Shown: positions 19,930 to 31,066 of the stretch, one piece after another
Layout: each line of letters opens with the position of its first letter
Position numbering within the stretch: position 1 is the stretch's first letter
Origin: Ginglymostoma cirratum
Taxonomy: Eukaryota
Length of the DNA stretch: 64,000 nt
Assembly (NCBI GenBank): GCA_024137785.1
Contig: JAHRHZ010000067.1
Span: 6,294,422 to 6,358,421, forward strand
Reading direction: 5' to 3'
The notes under the pieces: generated by a model
Seen by the model: only the letters and a program-made list of their open reading frames with translations
What the model was told of the DNA's origin: nothing
Database searches by the model: none
Made by a program: the position numbers and the translations under genes

Positions 19930-20830
19930 CTTTGAAAGTGCAGAGAACCGGTTGAGAGGGTTTTTAAAAAGATCCATGGTTTTATTAATAGAGGCATGGA
20001 GTACAAAAGTAACACAGGTGTGCTAAAACTTTATAAATCAGGGTTTAGGCCAGAGCTGAAGTAATGTGGATATCCATGATTTAAGGAGAATGCCAATACC
20101 ATAGAGAGGGTGCAGGGAAGAATAAGTGGAGTGGCGCTAGGGCTTCAGTTTGGCGGAGAGAATTGAGAAATTTGGCTTGTTCCCCTTGGAGCAGACAAGC
20201 TTAAAAGGAGTTTTCATAGAGGCCATTTTCCATCATGCCAGGTTTGTCTCTCGATTCCACCCTCAGGCGACTGTCTGTGTGGAGTTTGCACATTCTCCCT
20301 TTGTCTGTGTGGGTTTCCTCCGGGTGCTCCGGTTTCCTCCCACAGTCCAAAGATGTGCAGGCTAGGTGAATTGGCCATGCTAAATTGCCTGTAGTGTTCA
20401 GGGATGTGTAACATAGGTGGATTATAGGGGGATGGGTCTATGTTGGCTGCTGTATGTTGGTGTGGACTTCTTGGGCCGAAGGGCCTGTTTCCACACTGTA
20501 GGGATTCTATGAAAAAAAAGTTCTTTGAAAAAGGAGAAATTGATTCCAGTGGCAGAAGGGCCAGAAACCAGAGACAAATGTAAAGTCATTGACAAAAGAC
20601 CCAGAAGTGCCTCTCTAATAGGGTTTTTATATTTAGGAATGCAGCAAGTTGGTTGTGATCTGGAATGCACGGCTTGAAAAGGTTTTTTGTAACAGGTTCA
20701 AAAACAACTTTCAAATGGGAATAAATAACTAAAGATGGGGTGGGGAATTTTCAGATCTACCTGGAAAGAACAAGGGAGTGGGACTGATTCGGTAGATCTA
20801 TCAAACTGACATGATGGCCGATTGACCACA
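19930..20830 (+). mobile_element. Old CR1 fragment split by an HE1 SINE (about 20240-20510)
   Basis: gaggcatggagtacaaaagt...gagagggtgcagggaaga; SINE V-domain gtggagtttgcacattctcc. Confidence 0.75.
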
Positions 20831-21099
20831 TTCTGAGCTGCTCCACTTGATGATTCTCTATAAAACACTCTGTTGAAATAGTTTTATATAAATTGAAGTT
20901 TTCCTTTCGAAGGTGATGATCCATCAATATGTGAATGATGCTGTACAGCTCTCCTTTAACATGTGGCAGTAAGATGCATTGCCATTGTCTCCTTTTGCCT
21001 AAACTAAACGCAGAAAAAAATATTTCAATATGACATGCAGGTACAGCAAGCAACTCGGAAAGTAAATGGTATCATATAGCCTATGCCTTCCAGAGGATT

Positions 21100-21510
21100 C
21101 AGCTCAAAGCTCCTGGCTGACACTCCAGTGCAGTGAAGGAATTCTGTTAGAGGTGCCACCTTGTGGTGGAGATGTTAAACTGAAGCCTCCTCTGCTCACC
21201 CGCTACTTCAAAAGCACCTGAAGAATGAGCGAGACTCCAAAAGTTTGTGTCTTCAAATAAACCTGTTGGACTATAACCTAGTGTTGTGTGATTTTTGACC
21301 AACTTCAAAGAAAGTGTTGGTTATTCTTGATGTCCCAGCAATATCTGTCTTCCAATCCATATTATCAAACCAGATTGTCTGATCATTACCACAGAGCTAT
21401 TTGTGCACTATATTCCAACGATGACTGTACTTTAAATGTGTTTCATTGACTGCAGAGTGATTTGGAACATCTTGAAATTGTGAAAGGATTTGCACAATCC
21501 AAATCTTTCT
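21100..21510 (+). mobile_element. Deu-domain SINE interrupted by a hammerhead-type insert (21205-21309)
   Basis: gaggtgccacc...gagatgttaaactgaagcc; cagattgtctgatcattacc; L2-like tail. Confidence 0.6.
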
Positions 21511-23274
21511 CCTAACCAATTCTTAGCTTTCTTTCAACAATGGTCTGACCTATCAGTTCTGCTTTCAGTTGTCTTTTTGGATGGTTTACTCCATTTATCT
21601 ACCTGTGTTTTTATTTTAAATAATGTGTAAACCACATTTCTGCTTTAAAAAAATATCCTTGCTGATTGATGAGTACTAATTGACGTTTAAGTATCATATA
21701 TTTCTCACGTTAGTAATGTAAGACTCAAGGAACTTAATTTTCATTCAGCATTACCATTCTATTGCAGATTGTGAATGACAGAGTAAATTGCTATCCCTTG
21801 TAGACTCAAATAGTGGACTTAAATCAGTAATTCAATAAACGTGTTACTGTTCAAGCAACAAGCAGAAACTGCTTTGGATTCACTCTCAATTCACCCTCCT
21901 TGTCATTCTGTACCTAATTCATAGAATAATTATATTTGATAAATGTTGTGGTATTTAAAGCAGCACTTACTGTTTGTTGATAATGAAGAAGAATTTGATA
22001 TCTACCTCTGTAGTATTGTTAAGAATTCCATTTGTGCTAAGCAACAATTTGGAACTTTGATTGACATTTCTGTTGGCTAACAGAACATGACCACTTGAGG
22101 GCACTCGTAGCACAGTGTGTGTTTTCAACTACATTAATAAACTATTTGTAAAGCTAACCAACTGTACTATTTAGAATATTGCATTTGTTGTAATTGTAGT
22201 AATGATCGGTGCCATGATTTGTTTACTCATCTTGCAACCCTCCGATTTTGTCTACAATGGCAGACACATACTTGGGTATATTCCATGAGCAATGACTCCT
22301 TTCTCAACCGTGTCCAAGTGCTCAATTCTCAATGTGTGAGAGAGGTGCTGGCAAATGGCCCCAGATCTCCATGGGAAGTAAGGGTCAAGTAGAGCATAAA
22401 AGAGTTGGCTCATACACTGCTGCTTATTTTCTTCTTTCACCACTGTTTAATATATTCATCAACTGAATGGCTTGCTAGGCCATCTACAGGGCCCGTTGGT
22501 GTGTGGCCAACATCACATGGGCTAGACCACATAAGAACAGCATGTTTCCTGCTTGATAAGGCGTTAGGCTGAATTTTTATAACAACCTATCAATGTTATG
22601 GTCACTTTTTAATAGTAAAGGCTAGTTTTATTCCAGTGTTCTCTTGACTGTCCTTTCATCCTTTAGCCTTCAAAAACATCAAAGTCATCCAACCCCTGGA
22701 GCCCATATCTTATTGAGTACCATGTCCCAATTACTATGTTATTCTTGTCTTCCCTACATGTGATCTTAATCCCCAAAACTCTGAGCTGTTGTGTGTTTGG
22801 ACAATCTGTCCCCATAATGTGGAATTCTTCTAAACTGTCCTGTCTCTCCAAAACGCATTCCTTCCAGAAGTCACTAGTATTCTCCAATTTGATCAAATCT
22901 TTGGTCCATCTTCAAACTGTCACCTCCTGTGGCTTGACATTCACATGCTGTGAGTCCATGGAGGAGTTTGGAATGTAATTCCTATGTTAAAGGCATTGTC
23001 TTTGTTATCAGTTTGAAATTAGTGTAATTTTTTTTGAATACCTTTACACAGAAAATTGTGTGCATTCATCCCGAAAAACAGATAGAAACATTATTCACTA
23101 CATATAATTACAGCAAAGTTTAGTTTTCTAAACAGAGAGAATGTAATGTGATGATCAGAATGAAATAAAATGCAGAATGTACAAAAGGGACAGTAGATCC
23201 AATGGATCCAGCAATCATGTTTTGAAATAGTAAAATGTAGGTCTGCATTAATTGAATTCAGCTGTTACCATTTT

Positions 23275-23545
23275 GGGCTGCACAGTGGTTAGCATTGCTG
23301 TCTCACAGCCCTAGGGATCCAGGTTCAATTCCAGTCTTGGGAGACTGTGTAGAGTTTACACATTGTCTCTGTGGGGTTTCCTCTGAACACTCAGGGTTCC
23401 TCCCACAATCCAAAGATGTGTGGGTTAGGTGGATTAGCCATGGGAAATGCAGGGTTACAGGGATAAGATAGATGTCTGGATTGGATGCTCCTCAGTGAGG
23501 GCTTGATGGGCCAAATGTTCTGCTCCTGCACTGCAGGGATTCTAC
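23275..23545 (+). mobile_element. HE1-type V-SINE
   Basis: gcacagtggttagcattgctgtctcacagc...ggttcaattcc...cctcccacaatccaaagatgtg. Confidence 0.8.
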
Positions 23546-23864
23546 CATATTGCTGGTGCTTGCATTTTACTTTGCCAATCCTGTTTATTTAAAGTTTTAA
23601 ACCCAATTTCCAAGTTATATATATGTTTTTAAAATGTTCCCACTTCCTATACACCACCTACTGTATTGATGAATGATTTCACTTCCTTGATTGAGACAGT
23701 AAGTCTTATCATCCTGGAATCATTTTATTGGTCCTCAACATTTTTTCAAAATATTTTCCCTTCTGTGTCCCTTTCCCCAATCACTGTTAATCTGCTTCTT
23801 CACCTACTGTTCTGAAGAATACAAATGAGAAAATTTGATGATGTATTCTGTCCATGGCTTTTGA

Positions 23865-24725
23865 TTAGAAACATAGACGATAGGAGCAGGAGAAGGCCAT
23901 TCGGCCCTTCCAGCCTGCTCCACCATTCTTCACGATCATGGCTGATCATCCGACTCAACAGCCTAATCCTGCTTTCTCCCCATAACCTTTGATCTCATTT
24001 GCCCCAAGTGCTATATCTAGTTGCTTCTTGAATACATTCAATGTTTTAGCATCAGCCACTTCCTGTGGTAATGAATTCCACAGGCTCACCACACTTTGGG
24101 TGAAGAAATGTCTCCTCATTTCCATCCGAAATGGCCTACCCAGAATCCTCAGACTGTGACCCCTGGTTCTGGACACACCCACCATCAGGAACATCCTCCC
24201 TACATCTACCCTGTCCAGTCCTGTTCAAACTTTATAAGGCTCAATGAAATCCCCCCTCATTCATCTGAATTCCAGCAAAAACAATCCCAACCTAGTCAAT
24301 CTGTCCTCATATGTCAGACCCATCATCTCTCGAATCAGCCTGGTAAACCTTCGCTGCACTCCCTCGAGAGCAAGAGCATCCTTCCTCAGAAAAGGAGACC
24401 GAAATTGCAGACGATATTATAGGTGTGGCCTCACCAAGGCCCTGTATAACTGCAACAACACATCCCTGCTCCTGTACTCAAAACCCCTCGCAATGAAGGC
24501 CAACATACCATTTACCTTCTTTACCACCTGCTGCACCTGCATGCTTACCTTCAGCGACAGGTGCACAAGGACACCCAGGTCCCTCTGCACACTCCCCTCT
24601 CCCAATTTATAGCCATTCAGGTAGAAATCTGCCTTCTTGTTTTTGCTTCCAAAGTGGCTAACCTCACATTTATCCAAATTATACCGGATCTGCCATTGAT
24701 TTGCCTACACACTCAACCTGTGGAG
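23865..24725 (-). mobile_element. CR1 LINE 3' fragment
   Basis: DKCEVSHFG...QRDLGVLV...LYRALVRPHL; TRGHSLRI...FFTQSVVSLWNSLP. Confidence 0.9.
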
Positions 24726-24794
24726 ATCATGCTGTTCTGTTGTGTGTTTCAACCATTTTCAGTATTTTTATTTCCAACTATAATTTTTTTAAAA

Positions 24795-26620
24795 ATTCAT
24801 TCATGGGGTGTAGGTGTTGCTGGCCATTTCAGCATTTTTTTGCCCATTCTCAATTGCTCTTTAAACAATGGTAATGAGCTGCCTTAATAAAAACTGAAAG
24901 AACTGCAGAAGCTGTCAATCAGGAACAAAAACAGAAGTTGCTGGAAAAGCTCAGCAGGTCTGGCAGCATCTGTGAAGAAAGAAAATTAGAGTTAACGTTT
25001 CAGGTCCGGTGACCCTTCCTCAGAACTGCTTTCTTTAATTGCTTCAGTCTATTTCGTATAGTTTAGGCCTACAATGCCATTAGGATGGGAATTCCAGGAT
25101 TTTGATTGGGTGATACTGGAGGCACAATGGTAGATTTCCAGGTCAGGGTACTGAGTGGCTTTGAGGGGAACTTGTAGGTGGTAGTGTTCCCTTGTATTTG
25201 GTCTGTTATGGGTTTGGAAAATGCTGTCTAAGGAGCCTTGGTGAGTTTTTGCAGTGCATCTCACAGATAGCACCCACAGCTGCTACTAAGCATTGGTGGT
25301 GAAGGGAATGAATATTTATGGGATTTGGTGCAAATCAAATGGACAAATCTACTTTGTCCTAAATGCCAAGCTTCTGGAGTGTTTTTGGGGCTACATTTAC
25401 CCAGGCAAGTGGGAAGTATTCCATCACACTCTTGACTTTTGAGCCTTGTAGATGGTGGACAGGCTTTGGGAATAAAGATATGAATTACTCACTGAGCAGT
25501 TCCTAACCTCTAAATGTTCTTGCAGCTGGTGCATTTATATGGCCAATCCAGTTCAGTTTCTGGTCAATGGTAACTCCCAGAAAGTTGAAAGTGACAGATT
25601 CAGTAATGGTAATGCCGTTTAATACCAAGGGAGAATGGTTAGATCCTCTTGTCAGAGATGGTCATTGCCTGGCACTTTTATGGTGCAAGCCTAGCTATTG
25701 CTCAGTTCTTGTTGCATTTGGACATGGACTGCTTCAGTACGAGGAGTCACGAATGGTGCTGAACATTGTGCAATCAGCAGCAAACATCCCCACTTCTGAC
25801 CTGCAGGATGAAGCAACTGAAGGTGGTTGGGCCAAGCACACTACTCTGAGGAACTTATTCAGTCATGTCCTGGACTCAGAAGACTGACAACCACAACCAT
25901 TTGTGCCAGGATGTCTACAACCAGCAGAGACTTTCTTCTGACTCCTATTAAGACTTGTATTGCTCGAACTCCTTGTTGCCATGCTTGGACAAATGTGGCC
26001 TTGATGTCAAAGGCTGTCACTCTCACCTCACCTCTGGAATTGTGCTGTTTTGTCCATGGTTGGACCAAGGCTGTAATGAGGTCAGGAGCTGAGTGTCACT
26101 GAGCAGGTGTTGCTTGATAGCACTGTTGATGACACCTCCCATCACTTTACTGATGATTGAGAGCAGACTGATGGGTGATAATTAATGGGGTGAGATTTGA
26201 ATTGCATTTTGTACACAGCACATACTTGGCCAATTTCCAATACTGCTGGGTAGATACACCGTTGCAGCTATACTGGAGCAGCTTGTGTCTAAGGGCACAG
26301 CAGGTTCTGGAGCACAATTCTTCAGTACTTTTGCTGGAATGTTGTCAGTGTTCATAACATTTGCAACATCCAGTCTTTTCAAGCTATTCTGTGGCAGCAC
26401 ATGGAGTGAATTGAATTGGCTAAAGTCTGGTATCTGTGATGCTGGAGACTCTGGAGGAGCCCGAGGTAGATCATCCACACAGCACCTCTGGCTGAAAATC
26501 GCAGCAAATGCTTCAGCCTGATCTTCTGCACCAATGCCCCTATGCTAGCCCATCTGTAAAGATGGAATTATTTGTGCCACCTCCAGTGAATTGTTTAATT
26601 GTCCACCAGCATTCCTGACT
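24795..26620 (-). mobile_element. Decayed CR1/L2-clade LINE (RT to 3' end), interrupted by a hammerhead insert at 24888-25027
   Basis: DNIPAKVLKNCAPEPAVPL and VTAFDIKATFVQAWQQG (RT motifs); related 3' ends near 38630-38790 and 46030. Confidence 0.7.
24990..25027 (-). ncRNA. Minimal type I hammerhead ribozyme motif, intact core
   Basis: AGUU-CUGAGGA-A-GGGUC-ACCG-GACCU-GAAA-CG-UU-AACU. Confidence 0.62.
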
Positions 26621-26919
26621 GATATAAAATATCATTTTCATAACACTTTACAATTTCTTCGAGATGTTTCTATGTGTTTTGTATTTGCAGAAAATTACCT
26701 TTAGTGTACAGCAACAATTAGTTGGGCAAACACATTACTATACTGGTTCTACACATGCAACAGTCCTCAAGAGTCAACGATATAAGTGGATGATTACTCT
26801 ATTTGTTACGGCACTGTTAGCTGGCATTGGTTAAGGCATACATTTTGTCCAAAGTTGTGGAAGAACTTCAAGCATGTCTTTAGGTAGCACCACGGAATCT
26901 TTAACATTCGATTTCCCAA

Positions 26920-27520
26920 GAAAGGCTGCAGGGATGAGAAATATCAGTTGTGAGAATACATTGAATAAGCTGGCATGGTTCTCCTTGGAAAAAACACTTA
27001 AGAGGAGACGTGATAGATGTTTTCAAAATCACGAGTGGGCTTGATAGAGTAGATAGGTTATAGTTCAACAGGATTATTTAAAATGACAAGCTTTCAGAGG
27101 CTCACTTCACTTGACAAAGGGGCTATGCTCCAAAAGCTTGTGATTTCAAATAAACCTGTTGGACTATGACCTGGTATCGTGTGACTTCTGATTTTGTCCA
27201 CCCCAGTGCAACACAGGCACCCCCACATCATGACTTGTGAAAGGAACAAGAATATTTAAAGCGATGTACAAAAGAATCAAGGACGATTGTAAGAAAAGAA
27301 ACTTTTTCCACACAGCGAGTAGTTTGGGCATGGAATGCACTGCCTTGAATGTGGTGGAGGCAGGTTCAGCTGAGGGGTTCAAGAGGGCATTGGATAAAAA
27401 CATTGTGCGAGGGTAATGGGAAAAAACAAAGCACTTAGGGTGGTGATGTTCATTTGAAGAACTGGCGCAGATATGATGGGCTGAATGGCCCCCTTCTGCA
27501 CAGTAAAACTTCTGTGATAC
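26920..27520 (+). mobile_element. CR1 3' fragment interrupted by a partly palindromic Penelope-type insert (about 27056-27232)
   Basis: agaggagacgtgatagatgttttcaaaatc; insert carries aagcttgtgatttcaaataaacctgttggactat. Confidence 0.65.
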
Positions 27521-29339
27521 TAAAGCAAGAACCTTGATAACAACTCTAACATCTCAATATCTGAACGTGGGTACGCCTAACAAGACAGCACCACCTCAAT
27601 ACAACATTTGAATGTCTATCTAGAATGGGCTCATGAGTGTGGAACAATGCCACTAAGACGATTTGAATCAACATCCGTCAATCATCTTTTATTGCTGCTT
27701 TTGTTAAAAATTCTGTTTGAGGTATCAAAGAAAGGGAGACCAATGTGCTTGTTTATCTATTTTTCTGATCTCAGCCGCTTGGATTGTTTTTCCCACATTA
27801 AATATAGTACACATTATGCAAGTTGTCTGCTTGCGGTGGTGCATCACTTTGCAATGCTGCTTTTGATCTATAAAGCAGGCTCGAACGATTCATCTTCTAC
27901 CCACAACAGCTGTGGCTACTCATGTTGTTATGGGTCCCAGAGAACTCAGTGTTACCTTTAAGATTACGCATTTGAGATAAAACGTGGGCAGATTCTTCTC
28001 GTCTTTTTATGATAAAATCTTCATTCCCTTTTGATGACAAAATCAAGTTAGCTTACTACCACAGCATCCCCAACATGGACAATTATTTTGTCCCACTTCA
28101 ATTTTTTTAAAACCATGAATGTTGCCAATAGCAGATGTTCATTGTTTCATAAACAGTAATTCTAAAATGTTTCCTTGCATTTTTTCACGCACACACATGC
28201 CCGGTGGGTAGGTTTCCCACAGGGATATGCCTCTTCAGAGCACTGTTATTTATTTCCCACAATCCAAAGGGAGCTGTAGCCAATCCAGTTCCTGCAGAGG
28301 CACAGAGGGCATCAGGAAACTTGCCAGGAGCTCTGGGGACTGTTATCTTGGCTTCCAGGGAAAACACACAGACAAGCAGAGATCAACATATACATGCCAA
28401 CATCATTGCTAGGATGAACTTACTCAAAGCATTACTGGAATTTATGCAACACAGAAGGGTACAGTAGTGTTCATTTAATTGTGAAACTAGTATAAGATCA
28501 TTCAGAATGTGCTTCCAATAGGACTTTAGCAACAACGGGAAACTGTTCATTGAGGGGGGGGGCGGATCCTGAACAAAAGGTCATTTATGTAGCTAGAAAG
28601 AACGGTTTGTGAAGGAACAAGAACGAATACTGAATTCCCACAGCACTAGAGACAAAAGTGTCGTTTGCCTATTCTGTAACTTTCTGATCCTCCCACTCTC
28701 TAGATCTGTATGTCTCTGTCTTTGCTTTCATATGCTGACTTTTTCCACAGTTGCTTCACTCTGTAGTATTACTCCTGTTTCGTATGCATAATTGTTAATC
28801 AGGTTCTTACCAAAAGCACCAAGAGTCCCTATGATTTACAAAGCTGGGAGTCAATGAGACTTTGATTTCTAAGTTTAGATGAATAAGTTCCTATGCATTT
28901 CACTCCCCCTTCCAGCATGGGACAAAGGAAAGTACAGAGCAAAAATGCTGTGGCCTCTGTAAATTTTTGGTTTAAGGTGGTTGAATATTTTATTCAATAT
29001 TTGATTGGTAATCAGTTTTTAAAAATTTCAGTTAGACCTGATTCTTATATATGAATTAAACAGATTACAAAAAGTACCTAAGATCCTTTTTCAAAGCCAC
29101 ACTTGCCTTAATGGAATGTAATTGGTATTGATTAATTCTTAACCAATCTTCTACAAAGTTAAACCCAATTTACATGGGTGGAACTACTGAGGCTGTAAAA
29201 CCTTTGCATTTGTCAGTGATTCTGTTGATAACAGCTGCTATGGTTAATGGGAAAGACTTCAAGATCTTTCCACAGTGATGAAATACAATGACCTATATAG
29301 TGCATGTGCTGTTTACACTGCTAAAAGTACCACAGAGGA

Positions 29340-29550
29340 CTAATGAGAATTTTCTTTCTCAACGAGCAGTGGAGGTTGGTCAATAAACATTCAAGGTTGA
29401 GTCAGCCAGATTTTAGATTGACAAGGGAGTCAAGACTTGGGCGGGGGTCAGGCAAGAAAGTTAGGGCCACAATCAAGTCAGCCATGATTTTATTGAATGG
29501 CGAGCATCTTCAGGGGATGGAAGAGCCTACTCCTGCTCCTATTTCTATTG
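29340..29550 (+). mobile_element. CR1 3' tail fragment
   Basis: cagccatgattttattgaatggcgagca...cctactcctgctcctatttct. Confidence 0.55.
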
Positions 29551-31060
29551 CCCTGTAAAATTAACTGAAGGAATTGTAAAAGCAGCACTTTTAGAGTTTT
29601 AAAACCAAGGGAGAGTTTTAGAAAGATGGAGGAGTTTAACAACAGACTGTAGGTGCTCACACTGATATTTGTTGATATTTGTACCATGAGAGATAATTTT
29701 GATTTTCTTCCTTTACAGCTCAGGGAACTGCAAGCTTGAGTCGGTTTAGCAGGAAAATATTGGGAGGTCAAATCTGACAGTAATGCTAGCACAAATGATA
29801 ATTTCAACAGAAAAGTGAAACAAAGCTGGATGGTGTGGTCAAAATAAGTCTAGAACAATGAAATATGGGGTTTGAAGCTCAGTTCAAGATCTGACAAGAT
29901 ATTGAGTTTATGAACTGATTAATCCATTGGAGTTTTGCTGCTATTGATCTATACTGTAACTTATTCAAGGTGACAAAAACAGATTACAACAATATCATTT
30001 AATTTAAGACTGTGGGAGGGTGAAAGAGACTGACTAAGTGTGTAAAAGGAGTGAGCATGACATGGAGGTGGACTTGTTTAAAGTAATCAAGTACAATTGA
30101 AAGAAAAGGTGCGAATGAAATGAAAAACATTAGCAATGGCCAATGGGCTTCTTGTAATTATTGATACGAACAAGATGATCTGGTATTTCACTGTACTCCT
30201 AGAAACTATTACAGGTCAGAGGCAATACTATACAATAGGTTCACCAGCCGAGCAACAATTCAAGTGAAAGTGTAGTGACCACAATGACTAGAATTTCTTC
30301 CTCCCACGTACTCAAAAATCAGAAATAAAATACACATCCAGCCATTCTCAACAATATATGTATTTTAAATCAAACACAATTAAATAGGTATGATTTTAGA
30401 TTAAGTACATGAATACTTATGCATCCGAAAACATAGAAATGGTACATAGTACCAAAAACCTACACACAGCCTTTGTTTGCCTGTTTCTGTGATAATACTC
30501 AATCTCAATACAATTAGGTAGCATCTGAGTAAATATCTCCATTTATCAGATATCAGCTAGAAACATGAGAGGATTTCAAAAATCTTTACAATACAAAAAT
30601 CGGAGTTTGTTTGTTCTACTCTGCCGATTTTTTGAACGAAAATCCTGAAGGTATCTAAGGGCTTGACAATAAAACAGACTGCAACAAACCAATGGAGTGC
30701 CATTTAGAACACAGCAAAGCTCTATTATAATAGTCACTTCAAATTCTCTCAAAACTATACACCCAGAACCCAGAAAGAAAATAGCGCTTTGTAATCCTTT
30801 GATTTGCAACTCATTGCAGCAACTTCACAAGAAAACCCTTCGTAGTACCCTGACTGGTATTAAAGTTGTTGAAACGTGTGGGGAACTGGAGGCTGGCGAT
30901 CCTGGAATGCATAGTTTTCTTCATACAAACAACGGAGTAGAATCAGACTGTGTACAGTGTCATTTCATGACTGTGTTAACAGAAAGGAGATGGCTTCTGC
31001 TGAACGTGAAGTGAAGATGTTTGATGAGGAGAGTACAGGAACCAATTCTTCTCCTTTTAG

Positions 31061-31066
31061 TCATAG
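31061..31066 (-). CDS. AKAP10: AKAP10 last exon, coding part (Leu + stop); 3'UTR continues leftwards
   Basis: tttctttgtcctaattatag|CTA TGA completes the known STKL terminus. Confidence 0.75.
   Translation of the reverse strand, partial: L

Noticed and set aside
28981-28997. ttgaata-ttt-tattcaa hairpin overlapping a minus-strand AATAAA
   Set aside because: A 7-bp AT-rich stem is expected by chance; the AKAP10 polyA site cannot be assigned without transcript data
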